This document shows positions 28,580 through 38,181 of a stretch of 64,000 nt of DNA, in pieces. Each line of letters begins with the position of its first letter. Position 1 is the stretch's first letter. This DNA is from a bacterium (lineage in GTDB: Bacteria; RBG-13-61-14; DATKZS01). A program made the translations under genes and the position numbers. The notes under the pieces were generated by a model, which made no database searches, had not been told where the DNA came from, and was given only the letters and a program-made list of their open reading frames with translations. The DNA lies in contig CAXXFL010000005.1 in the NCBI GenBank assembly GCA_963674965.2, positions 288,001-352,000 of the forward strand, written 5' to 3'.

Positions 28580-29836
28580 TCAGGACTCGTCCACCCTCTC
28601 GACCGCGGCTCCGAGCCCGTTGAGCTTGGAGGCCAGGTCCTCGTATCCGCGCTGGATCTGGTAGACGTTTTCGATCTCGGTTACTCCCTCCGAGACCAGC
28701 CCGGCGAGGACCAGGGCCGCGCCGCAGCGGAGGTCAGAGGCCCTGACCCGGGCGCCCCGCCATTTGGTCGGCCCGTCGACGATGGCGGTATTGCCGAGTA
28801 TCTGGATGTTCATGCCCAGCTTTCTTACCTGCTCGGCGTACTGAAAGCGGTCCGTGAACCTCATGTCGGTGATGGTGCTGCGGCCGCCGGCGCAACCGGC
28901 CATCACGGCGAACAGTGGCTGCATGTCGGAGTTAATGGCCGGGAAGGGGCCGGTGAAAAGGTCGATGGGCCGCAGTGGGCCGCGGCGGGAGAGGTAGACG
29001 TTGCCGCCCCAGAAGAACACCTCGCACCCGGCCTCCTTTAATATTTTCACGTCCCAGTGAACGTCGTCTTGTCTGACGTCCTCGATCATTATCTCGCCGC
29101 CCGTCATGGCCCCGGCGATGAGGTAACTGACCGCCTCGTCGGCTCCAGGCATGACCTTGTACTCGCATCCGTGCAGCTTTTCCACTCCCTCGATCTCGAC
29201 CACGCGAGGGCTGAGCTTTATTTTCGCCCCCATGGCGCTAAGCAGGCCCGCGAGGTTTTTGACCTCCGGACGGGTGTTGGCGTTTCTCAATATGGTCTTG
29301 CCCCTGGCCAGGGCCGCGGCGAGCATGATATTTTCCGTGCCGGTGGTGCTGGGGAGATAGAAATCGATCTCCCCTCCCTTGAGGCCTTGGGCCTTGCCAA
29401 GAAGACCGCGCGACCGTTCCTCGATTTGGGCGCCCATGCTCCTCAGGCCCATAAGGTGAAGATCGTACTTGCGCTCGCCTATCTGGCATCCCCCGGGAAG
29501 GGGGACCTCGATTTCACCGTAACGCTCAAGCATGGCCCCGAGGAATAAAAGGGTCGTGCGAACGCTCCCGCATTCGGCGTCCATTGAAATTTCGGTCAAT
29601 TTTTCCGGGGAAGTGAGCTTCACCGCGCCGGCGGACTTGTCCACTTCGACTGACACGCCAACCTGGCGCATGCAGTCTAGCATCCGGCGAACGTCGTTTA
29701 ATTGCACGGGACAATTGGTCAGCGTGACCGGCTCGTCGGTAAGCAGGCAGGCGCACACCATTGGGAGGGCCGCGTTTTTGGCCCCCGAAAGAATTATTTT
29801 GCCCTCGAGCCTGGAGGGACCGCGAATCTTGAGCAT
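28580..29836 (-). CDS. murA: UDP-N-acetylglucosamine 1-carboxyvinyltransferase (MurA family), inside a polysaccharide locus
   Basis: SGAKNAALP, LPGGCQIGER (catalytic Cys), TENIMLAA, GPFPAINSDMQ, ASDLRCGAAL, IQRGYE. Confidence 0.9.
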   Translation of the reverse strand: MLKIRGPSRLEGKIILSGAKNAALPMVCACLLTDEPVTLTNCPVQLNDVRRMLDCMRQVGVSVEVDKSAGAVKLTSPEKLTEISMDAECGSVRTTLLFLGAMLERYGEIEVPLPGGCQIGERKYDLHLMGLRSMGAQIEERSRGLLGKAQGLKGGEIDFYLPSTTGTENIMLAAALARGKTILRNANTRPEVKNLAGLLSAMGAKIKLSPRVVEIEGVEKLHGCEYKVMPGADEAVSYLIAGAMTGGEIMIEDVRQDDVHWDVKILKEAGCEVFFWGGNVYLSRRGPLRPIDLFTGPFPAINSDMQPLFAVMAGCAGGRSTITDMRFTDRFQYAEQVRKLGMNIQILGNTAIVDGPTKWRGARVRASDLRCGAALVLAGLVSEGVTEIENVYQIQRGYEDLASKLNGLGAAVERVDES

Positions 29837-29946
29837 ATTATATACCTTAAAATCCAGGCGCGCTATTAACGCGCCCCAGCCCATTTGATCAATGACCTAT
29901 TATAAACTCTTTTAAGAAAATTGATATCCCTCTCGTCTCTTCCGGG

Positions 29947-30864
29947 TCAAAGGATTTGCAGCTCCGGCTCGAGGCGAACCCCGGTTTTTTCATATACCGA
30001 GCTTTGTATCGTTCCTATCAAAGAAACGATGTCGCTCGCCTTGGCCCCTCCCCTGTTCACTATAAAGTTCGCGTGCTTTCGGGACACTTCGGCTCCTCCC
30101 GCTTTTTTTCCCTGAAGGCCGCAATCGGCGATCAGGCGCCAGGCCGACTCGCCGGGAGGATTTGTGAAAACGCTGCCGCAGTTGGGATAGGCAAGGGGCA
30201 TTTTCGCCCGGCGCTCTCCAATAATCGCGTCCATCTCGGCGTTTAGAGCCTGGCTCTCGGCGGATGAGAGCCTCAGCCGGGCTTTCAATAGTATTTCATT
30301 ATTACCTCGAAGTCTGCTTTTACGGTAGCCGAACCCCATGTCCTTGGCGTCAATCCTGGAAATGTTTCCCTTAAGGTCCATGATTTCCGCGGTTACGAGT
30401 ATTCGCGAGATGGACCCCAGCTTGGTACCCGCGTTCATGCAGGCGGCCCCTCCAACCGACCCGGGAATACCTACCGCCCAGGTCAGTCCCCCGAGACCTA
30501 CGTCTGAAGCGTCGCGAGCCAGGCGCGGCAACATGATCCCCGCCCCGCTCTCTATCTCGTTTCCTTCCATGACTAGCGTCGTGAAACCGCGGCGCATGCC
30601 GACAATCAATCCTTCAAATCCCTCGTCTCGCACGAGCAGGTTGCTTCCAGCGCCCAACGCGACTATAGAGATATTATGCGCCGAGGCCGCTTTAAGCGAC
30701 GCCGCCAGTTCATCGGCGTCGTGAGGCTCGATAAAAACCCGGGCCTTGCCACCGGCCTTGTAACTGACCCGCCCGGCCATGTCGGCGTCGCGGGAGACCT
30801 CGACTCCGGAAACCTCGGCGATATTTTGGGCGATTTTATCCCATTGGCTCGGGGACCGATGCAC
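29947..30864 (-). CDS. murB: UDP-N-acetylenolpyruvoylglucosamine reductase (MurB family)
   Basis: LGAGSNLLVRDEG, GIPGSVGGAACMNAG, FGYRKS, PNCGSVFTNP, VSRKHANFIVN, LEPE. Confidence 0.92.
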   Translation of the reverse strand: MHRSPSQWDKIAQNIAEVSGVEVSRDADMAGRVSYKAGGKARVFIEPHDADELAASLKAASAHNISIVALGAGSNLLVRDEGFEGLIVGMRRGFTTLVMEGNEIESGAGIMLPRLARDASDVGLGGLTWAVGIPGSVGGAACMNAGTKLGSISRILVTAEIMDLKGNISRIDAKDMGFGYRKSRLRGNNEILLKARLRLSSAESQALNAEMDAIIGERRAKMPLAYPNCGSVFTNPPGESAWRLIADCGLQGKKAGGAEVSRKHANFIVNRGGAKASDIVSLIGTIQSSVYEKTGVRLEPELQIL

Positions 30865-30874
30865 TGTATCACCT

Positions 30875-31810
30875 TTATTTTTTTTCCGTGAAGAATTTTA
30901 CCGTCAAGGAAAGGCCCTCCTCGACCGGTACTTTCGGGACCCAGCCCAGGTCGTCCAGAGCGGCCGAGGAATCGGCCAGGCTGTGACGCACGTCCCCCGG
31001 CCGGGCCTCCACGTGGGTCGCCTCGACTTTCGACCTTGTCAGTTCCTTTATCTTTTGCCAAAGCTCGTTAATGGAAACCCTTCTGCCGCCGGCCACGTTA
31101 AAGACGCGACGCTCTTTAAGAGGCATGGTGGCGGCGAGGACGTTCGCCTCGACGCAATCGGTCACGAAAGTGAAATCCCTGCTTTGTTCCCCGTCGCCGT
31201 GTATCTCGGGTGGAAAGCCTGAGGACGCGGCCGTAATAAACTTGGGTATTACGGCCGCGTAAAGGGAATCGGGGTCCTGACGAGGCCCGAAGATATTGAA
31301 GTATCTGAGCACCGCCGTTTCCATTCCGTAACACTCCGCAAAAGCCAGGCAATAGTTTTCCTGGGCCAGTTTGGTAACGGCGTAAGGGGACATGGGCATG
31401 GGCGTCATGTCCTCCCGCTTGGGCAGGGTCTTGTTTTTGCCGTAAACCGAGGATGATCCGGCGCAGACAAAGCGCTTTACTTTCGACTCCTTGGCCGCCA
31501 CCAACAGGTTGAGAGTGCCGGTAACGTTACATTCATGGGAGGTGATAGGGTCCTCTACCGAGCGGGGGACCGACCCTAACGCGGCCTGATGCAGAACGTA
31601 ATCGACGTCCTTTACCGCCTCCCGGCAAATGGCCATGTCGCGGACGTCTCCCCTTATCATCTCGAAGTCTTGAGAGATCGCCGTTAGGTTTTCTTCTTTT
31701 CCCGTGATCAGGTTGTCAACCACCCTGACCTCTTCTCCTCTTTTGCAAAGAGACTCGACAATATTGGACCCGATAAAACCGGCTCCTCCCGTAACCAGCC
31801 ATTTTGCCAT
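30875..31810 (-). CDS. UDP-GlcNAc/UDP-glucose 4-epimerase (WbpP-like SDR)
   Basis: GGAGFIGS, HQAALGSVPRSVEDP, SPYAVTK, LRYFNIFGPRQDP, GDVRHSLAD. Confidence 0.9.
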   Translation of the reverse strand: MAKWLVTGGAGFIGSNIVESLCKRGEEVRVVDNLITGKEENLTAISQDFEMIRGDVRDMAICREAVKDVDYVLHQAALGSVPRSVEDPITSHECNVTGTLNLLVAAKESKVKRFVCAGSSSVYGKNKTLPKREDMTPMPMSPYAVTKLAQENYCLAFAECYGMETAVLRYFNIFGPRQDPDSLYAAVIPKFITAASSGFPPEIHGDGEQSRDFTFVTDCVEANVLAATMPLKERRVFNVAGGRRVSINELWQKIKELTRSKVEATHVEARPGDVRHSLADSSAALDDLGWVPKVPVEEGLSLTVKFFTEKK

Positions 31811-32045
31811 TACATTTTCCTTACAGCCGCCGAGTTTCGCGACTAATTATTGTCTAAGTATCCAAAGAGATTAATCAAAAGCGTTAAAAAAGGCGCTGAA
31901 GCCGAGCTTCCGCGTGATTGCCAAAGCTCCAATTTAAAAAAGTCAAATCCGGGCGTAACCCGCTTTCCCGCAACAAGTATAAGCGACTATCGCGTATAAA
32001 TCAAAATGCGCGCATGGCAAAAACCAATCAAATATCGAGCAATCA

Positions 32046-33254
32046 TCATTCGGACAATCCTTCTTTTTTACGCTTCCATTTTATTCTAGTTACCTGATCT
32101 TCCATCTGTTCCACCTTCTTGATTAGGTTTTTATCTTCAGGTGTGATGGCAAGGGCCCTTTTATAACTTATATATGCTCCCTCGACGTCCCCTCTTTTTT
32201 CCTCGATCCTGGCAATAATTAGATGCATTTGACGTTTTGACTTGGAGTCGAGCTGGTCCACTCCCGTAAGTAAAAAATAAGCGTTCTTCAGGGCTAAGTC
32301 GTCCTTTTCGAGTTTTTCCGCCAAGCGGGCGATCCTGAGGCGAACCTGCCAGTAATCAGGGTGATCTCTTTGTGTTTTTTCATAGATTGCCAGCGCCTCG
32401 TTTTGTTTTCCCTCGCTTAAGTAAAGTGACGCCAGCGACATGGCCAGATATCTTTCCCGCGGCCAACTCTTGTGAGCCTTCTTGAGAACTCGCTCAGCCT
32501 CGCCGTTCTTTCCGATGGCCCTATACACGCGAGAAAGCTGTACGGCGATATCAGGCTCCGTACTTCTGGACTCAGGCACGAGGGACGCGTGAGCCATCGC
32601 CTTTTCGGGCATGTTTTTCCTGGCCAGGAAAGAGGCCAGGTAAAGGTTTGCCTCGACGTCGAGGCCAATTATCCTTTCCAGTGCCTTTATATCCGAATCA
32701 TTCTGGATAAAAGATTCACCATATATATCGATGGAGGGAGGATAGGACAGGACCAACCCGTTGAAATATTTCCTGGCTCCCTGGCGATCGTTATGTCTAA
32801 GCTTCCGCTTCATCATGGCCGAGAGAAACCATGGATGAGATGGGTCAATATTGATCGCCTTCCGATAGTAAGCCTCGGCGGAGGCGTTGCCATTCTTGCC
32901 TTCAATCTCCAACTTGTCCAGCGCTTGAGCCATGAAATAATAATTGTATGGATACAACGGATCGGCGTCGATGGCCTTTTGGAATTCATGCTCCGCCATT
33001 ACAAGCGGCCGATAATTTCCACTTCGGGCCTCATAAGTCGACATGGCGGCCTCGCCCAAGGCCGCGTGATATTGAGACCTGTCAGGCAAAAGCTCGGTCG
33101 CCTCCTCGTATCGCGCGATGGACTCGATAGTCTTGCCCGTTTGCTCGAGCCTCCCGCCTTCTAAGAATTTTTTTTCAGCGATAAAGGCGATGGACAAATA
33201 GGCCGAGAAAAGAAGGGCCAGGAGAGCCGAGACCAGGTCAGGTAGAAATTTCAT
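32046..33254 (-). CDS. Membrane-anchored TPR protein
   Basis: N-terminal TM helix then TPR repeats; ATG at 33254 overlaps the ligase TGA (ATGA). Confidence 0.8.
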   Translation of the reverse strand: MKFLPDLVSALLALLFSAYLSIAFIAEKKFLEGGRLEQTGKTIESIARYEEATELLPDRSQYHAALGEAAMSTYEARSGNYRPLVMAEHEFQKAIDADPLYPYNYYFMAQALDKLEIEGKNGNASAEAYYRKAINIDPSHPWFLSAMMKRKLRHNDRQGARKYFNGLVLSYPPSIDIYGESFIQNDSDIKALERIIGLDVEANLYLASFLARKNMPEKAMAHASLVPESRSTEPDIAVQLSRVYRAIGKNGEAERVLKKAHKSWPRERYLAMSLASLYLSEGKQNEALAIYEKTQRDHPDYWQVRLRIARLAEKLEKDDLALKNAYFLLTGVDQLDSKSKRQMHLIIARIEEKRGDVEGAYISYKRALAITPEDKNLIKKVEQMEDQVTRIKWKRKKEGLSE

Positions 33255-34534
33255 TTGACCTCGGGGCCTCCATAGGCGGCGACGGCGCAAAGCGCGAAAA
33301 AATACATTCCGTTGGACGGAACGATGAGATTGGAGTCCACGATCCCATGGATTAGGGTAATTAATATCGAGCAGACTATCCCGACCATGATCGCCCTGGA
33401 GCCGGCGTCCTCCGACGAAAGCATCGATTTGATACCGGCCCTTAAAGCCATGCCGGCAAAGGCGATAAAGAATATCATTCCGGGAATCCCGATGCAGGCG
33501 GCCAGGTGCACGTACTCGTTATGCGCGTAAGCCACTCCCTTGAAGAAGCGCTCTCCGCGGTAAGATGGGTAGGCCGACTTGAAACACCCCCACCCCACGC
33601 CGGTTATTTGGTGATCCATGGCCATTTCGAGTCCCGACCTCCAGATGGATGGACGTCCGCCAAGCCCTACTTCGTCAGGGTCCGCGATGTACCGCTCCAG
33701 CGAAACCAATCGCTCGGTCAACTGCTTTTTTTGGAAAGACGTGGTTAATAACGCCGACATGCCCGCCAGAAAAGCAAAGGATAAAATGGTAATCGCCATG
33801 GATTTTTTAGACGGCCGGAAGATCAAGACTATGAAAACTACCGAGGTGGCCGAAAACGCGACCCACGCGCCCCTGGAAAGCGACAAGGCGACGGAGCAGG
33901 CCAGCAGCGAGGGAGCGATTAAAGATACAAAGGTCCTCGATATCTTTTCCGTCAGAGGATAAGCTTCGTCGTAAAAAGAAATGGCCACGCCGACGGACAG
34001 GAAAAAACTCTGGGCCATTACGCTGGCGAAATGGTTGCGGTTACGAAAGGTCCCCGATACTCCCTCGCCCGGCCCGGGCAGGTTAAGCATGGGCAGGTCG
34101 ATTAGTTTGTCCTGAGCAAGATACGCGCCAAGCCCATACGCGGCGTTGAGAACTCCTATTGCCACAAGAGAAAAAACAAGCAATTTGGCCGGCTGAGAAG
34201 AAGTTGCCGTTTTGGCCGCCAGGAAATATATCATGGCCACGCAAAGAAAGCGAAGGGACTCGAAAACGGCTTGTTCCTGATTTACGGAAAAGGCTGAGGA
34301 TAAAATCATCCATCCCATTAATAATATAAGGGGGACGTCGACGCTAGGGCGCCGAACCGGTTCAATCCAGAAATGATTGGCGGCTATGACCGAAAACGCG
34401 GCAAGCAGCGTTATTAAGGCGGACAACGGGGCCCAATATAGCCTTGGAACGCCTCCCTTGAACAGGCAGGCGAGAAAAACGACCAGCACCACGCCCGTGA
34501 GGATAAGGGACGAGGCTTTGGTTGCGTTATTCAG
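33251..34534 (-). CDS. O-antigen ligase / Wzy_C family membrane protein
   Basis: GTFRNRNHFA, SLSRGAW, GVGWGCF, AHNEY, IHGIVD; probable CTG start at 34534 behind AGGAG (track start 34492). Confidence 0.85.
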   Translation of the reverse strand: MNNATKASSLILTGVVLVVFLACLFKGGVPRLYWAPLSALITLLAAFSVIAANHFWIEPVRRPSVDVPLILLMGWMILSSAFSVNQEQAVFESLRFLCVAMIYFLAAKTATSSQPAKLLVFSLVAIGVLNAAYGLGAYLAQDKLIDLPMLNLPGPGEGVSGTFRNRNHFASVMAQSFFLSVGVAISFYDEAYPLTEKISRTFVSLIAPSLLACSVALSLSRGAWVAFSATSVVFIVLIFRPSKKSMAITILSFAFLAGMSALLTTSFQKKQLTERLVSLERYIADPDEVGLGGRPSIWRSGLEMAMDHQITGVGWGCFKSAYPSYRGERFFKGVAYAHNEYVHLAACIGIPGMIFFIAFAGMALRAGIKSMLSSEDAGSRAIMVGIVCSILITLIHGIVDSNLIVPSNGMYFFALCAVAAYGGPEVK

Positions 34535-34578
34535 TTGATTCTCCTAAAGGAGCGGTCTCGCCGGAATAAATCGGAGTT

Positions 34579-37119
34579 TTATTCACCTTCCCTGGAATAA
34601 TAATTGTGATAGTAACTGTAGCGGTAGGGCCTGTAATAGTACCCATAGTAGCCGTAGTAGTAGTAACGGTCTTTCTTGTAATCCACCGCGTTCAGAACCA
34701 CGCCCAGAATTTTAGGCTGTACCTGAAGTATTTGCTGCACGTTTCTGTGGAATACGGTTTTGGGAATTTTTCCGGAACGGCATACCCATAGAATGCCGTC
34801 GGTTTTGGGGCCTAAAATGCTTACGTCCGACAGAGGCCATGAAGGCGGAGTATCGACGATGATCCTGTCGTATCTCTCCTTTAAGATGGAAAACAGTATC
34901 TGCATTTGTTCGGAGCCTAAAATTTCCGCCGTGTTTCTTGGACTCGTGCCGGCGGTCATGACGTCGAGATTTTTGAAATCCGAGGGCCGCGCGTAATTAT
35001 TAATAATGGAATCGGCCAATAAATTGGATTTGACGAGACGCGGATACTGGTGAAGAAACTCCACGGCATGTTTGCCGCTTGACTCTTCTTCCGTGAGGTC
35101 CGAGATTTCAGAGTCGTTCAGGGTGATGCGCAGTTTTGCCGGGGAGGGAAATCCGTCAGGCTTGAAATACTCCTTCTTCCACGATTGCAGATTGGACCCG
35201 GCGGGAACGCCGTCAATATAGGATATGTTCAGGGTGGAGGGCAACGAGTCCCACGCGATGTTCATCGTGCCCGACCACTGTTTTATTTTAAGCAAGTGCT
35301 GGCAGTCGCCAAAGCTGACTTTGTTCATGTCCAGGTCTTGGAGCCTTGGGTTAAGCGCCTCGACGATAACGTCAAACAGGCCCTTGCCCTTTTCGTACCC
35401 GAATATTTTATGGATTGAAGGACGATGAAGGTCGGCGTCGATGAGAAGAGTTCGTTTCGATTCTAAACCCATGCTTATCGCAAGATTGGCAGAAAGCACG
35501 CTCTTACCTTCACGCGGCGCGCTGCTGGTTATCAGGAGAGTGATGGGCGCCTCCTGGGGCATTTTAACGTTGAGCTGATTTCTGAGTCCCGTTACGGCCT
35601 CGGAAAAAAGAGATTTTGGGTGCCGCGTGAGAAGAAGCGGAGTTGAAAGCTGCTTTTCTTCTTTTTGATTTTCCGGGACATAAAGAGGGACTACCGATAA
35701 AACGGGCAATCCCGAGGCTTTTCTGACGTCGTCCGCGTGCCTGATGGTTTGGTCGAGGTATTCGCGGCCATAGGCATACGCGAAGCCGAACATGAGTCCT
35801 GAGGCCAAAGCCAATAAATAATTAAGACTCTTCTTGGGTCTGATGGGAAACTTGGGAGTAGTTGCCCTCTCGTGAACGTAAACAAGGTTGTTGATAACGC
35901 TGTTGTTGTTTATGCTTACTTCCTTTTTGGCTTCAAGCATCTTCGAGTAATTCGTCTCGGCGAAGTTCCTCTCACGCGAGAGAACCAGATATTCCTTGTC
36001 CTTTTCAGTGCTGAAAATGGCGCTTTTTTCAAGCTTTTCAAACTCGGACTCCATGTTTTTAATAGAGGCCCTGGTAACGTTCAATTCGAATTCCTTACTG
36101 GTCCTTAACACGACCAACTGGTTTAAAAAGCTTTTCTTCAAGCTGTTTATCTTGCTTTCAAGGGCAATGGCCTCGGGATACTTCTCGTCGAAGATAGACA
36201 TGATACTGTCGTACTGAACGATGGCTTCAACGAGGTCCGTGTTGATTTCTCTCAGGTTTTCATCGGCCAGAATCGGAGTGTATCTGGTAAAATCTTTCCT
36301 TTCAATGAGATTGTTGATCTGGGTTATTTGTGCTTCCAGACTTGTTTCTCTGTTCTTTTCAATGTTGAGATTTATGGTGATACTTTTGCGAAGATCGGAA
36401 ATCCGGTCTTTATCGCTACTGAAATCGAAAATATCGTTGCTCTTGCGATACTCATAAAGCGCTTCCTCGGCGTCGTATAGCTTGTTTTTAGCTTCCTGAA
36501 GCTGCGCCTCCAGGGAGAGAAGCGATTCCTCCCGCATCATCAGGTCTTCTTTTTGCGTGTAGGCCACCGTGACCTCGGCCAATAGATTTACAACGTCTCG
36601 AGCAAAGACCTTGTTTGAATTAGCGAAAGATATTTTCGCCAGATTCGTGAATTTGGGAACTTGAACTGCAATCCCGCCCTTAATACCCGAAGCCAGGGCG
36701 CTAATAATTTCTTCCTGTTCGGCGGGACTCTTTTCGTCGAATTTGGAGTTAATGAGAAATTCCTGGTACCAACCCTTGTCTATCAGTCTTCTAACCAGTT
36801 CCTCTAAAAGCGGCTTGGAACTGATCATTTCAATCTTGGTGTGAAAATCATTGTACTTTATCAGATTAGGAAGGTTTGTCTCCTGAGTGCGGAAAGTGTC
36901 CGTTGGCGTATTGGACCTGATGATGATACTGGACGAGGCCTGATACACTTTGGTAGCCTTGGCATTGAAAATGGCGCCTAAAATAATAAACCCGATAACG
37001 ATAAGAATAAAGGCCCAAATATTTTTAAGGATCGGCTCCAGGAGCTCGAAAAGGTTAAAATTAAATTCCTTTTCCTCGCCCTGGATGGCGGTTATTTCCG
37101 GCGGCTCGTATTGCATCAC
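34579..37119 (-). CDS. wzc: Polysaccharide co-polymerase / tyrosine autokinase (Wzc family)
   Basis: Two TM helices around a coiled coil, PKFPIRPKK, TSSAPREGKS, LLIDADLHRP, IIVDTPP, Tyr-rich C-terminal tail. Confidence 0.9.
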   Translation of the reverse strand: MMQYEPPEITAIQGEEKEFNFNLFELLEPILKNIWAFILIVIGFIILGAIFNAKATKVYQASSSIIIRSNTPTDTFRTQETNLPNLIKYNDFHTKIEMISSKPLLEELVRRLIDKGWYQEFLINSKFDEKSPAEQEEIISALASGIKGGIAVQVPKFTNLAKISFANSNKVFARDVVNLLAEVTVAYTQKEDLMMREESLLSLEAQLQEAKNKLYDAEEALYEYRKSNDIFDFSSDKDRISDLRKSITINLNIEKNRETSLEAQITQINNLIERKDFTRYTPILADENLREINTDLVEAIVQYDSIMSIFDEKYPEAIALESKINSLKKSFLNQLVVLRTSKEFELNVTRASIKNMESEFEKLEKSAIFSTEKDKEYLVLSRERNFAETNYSKMLEAKKEVSINNNSVINNLVYVHERATTPKFPIRPKKSLNYLLALASGLMFGFAYAYGREYLDQTIRHADDVRKASGLPVLSVVPLYVPENQKEEKQLSTPLLLTRHPKSLFSEAVTGLRNQLNVKMPQEAPITLLITSSAPREGKSVLSANLAISMGLESKRTLLIDADLHRPSIHKIFGYEKGKGLFDVIVEALNPRLQDLDMNKVSFGDCQHLLKIKQWSGTMNIAWDSLPSTLNISYIDGVPAGSNLQSWKKEYFKPDGFPSPAKLRITLNDSEISDLTEEESSGKHAVEFLHQYPRLVKSNLLADSIINNYARPSDFKNLDVMTAGTSPRNTAEILGSEQMQILFSILKERYDRIIVDTPPSWPLSDVSILGPKTDGILWVCRSGKIPKTVFHRNVQQILQVQPKILGVVLNAVDYKKDRYYYYGYYGYYYRPYRYSYYHNYYSREGE

Positions 37120-37220
37120 TATATCACTTCATTAAGAAAGAATTATATTTCGAACCTTTTATCGAAAAAAGTAACTATTGAAACGATATTTCCCCCAGCG
37201 AACTTAAGTACGATAAAATA

Positions 37221-37286
37221 GAAAAACCTGATCGCGCCCCCCTTCCCATGCCTTCATGGGGGATTAAGACAACGCTGGACCAGGTT
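37221..37286 (-). terminator. Possible long hairpin/terminator between the secreted protein gene and wzc
   Basis: Minus strand AACCTGGTC...GATCAGGTT outer stem, inner CCCATG/CATGGG stem, then a T-run. Confidence 0.4.
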
Positions 37287-37348
37287 GTGTGCGAATTCTA
37301 ATTCTTTTCTAGGCCCGAACGATGAAACCCAAATAATAATGAAAACCG

Positions 37349-37924
37349 TTATTCGGTCGGGCTAGCTTCAGCTTCGGGTTCCAAAATGGCGTCCATTATC
37401 TCTACCGGCTCGATGTCTATCGCCATGGTGGGAGCGGAAGGCTGCTTGGTGCAAAGCACCGAGAGTATCTCTTCCTTGTAAATCCTGCCCTCCTCGGCGT
37501 AAAGCCACTCGGAATCGACAAGGGCCTGCATTTTGGCCGTCTCGTCGGTCAGACCTCCATACTGGGCGGCGAACTGGGGGTCCGTCTCGACGGCGACCTG
37601 ATACATCATCGAGGCGAAATAACGTCGAGTTACCAGACGGTCGGGCTCGATCTCCGCGAATCCCGGCGGGTAACCCGCGTCCATCAACATCTGAAGTTCC
37701 TGCTCGTAAAGGTCCTCGGGAGACATGCCATCAGGAGAAGGAGCGTTAAGGCCGGGATCGAGTTCAACCAAATAATGGACAAGCTCGGCCTGACGAACCT
37801 GCTGAAGACTGAGCACCGGCTTCATGTCCACGTTGCTGCATAAGTCCGATTGGCTGAAACCGTCACCGGTAATCAACAGCGATAAGGCAAGGGCCATGAA
37901 TAACGCGGCAATTTTCGCTTTCAT
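37349..37924 (-). CDS. Secreted acidic protein with SLH-like segments
   Basis: Signal peptide; PDRLVTRRYFASMMY and VRQAELVHYL resemble the SLH iTRAE helix; GGAGG RBS. Confidence 0.6.
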   Translation of the reverse strand: MKAKIAALFMALALSLLITGDGFSQSDLCSNVDMKPVLSLQQVRQAELVHYLVELDPGLNAPSPDGMSPEDLYEQELQMLMDAGYPPGFAEIEPDRLVTRRYFASMMYQVAVETDPQFAAQYGGLTDETAKMQALVDSEWLYAEEGRIYKEEILSVLCTKQPSAPTMAIDIEPVEIMDAILEPEAEASPTE

Positions 37925-38181
37925 CTATTCGTTCCTCCCCACTAACATCTTAACCCACTCGTTTAAAAAATCAAGGTTAAGCTCATTCCATAAATAAAAA
38001 GAATGAGTATCTCTCGCCAAAAAATAAAGTCCGTTTGTTTCCGATATGGAGAATATCATATTAAACGCTTTTGTCAAGCGGTTTTTTGTTTTTTGTAATT
38101 AGATACTTACGATGCCGCAAGCGGCCTTTGACGCCATCCTCGCCGGGGCCGCCCGGCCGCGCGCCTCCTTTTAACCATGCA

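Noticed and set aside
34595-34670. GTA/TAG-rich microsatellite-like tract
   Set aside because: It encodes the Tyr-rich autophosphorylation tail of Wzc.
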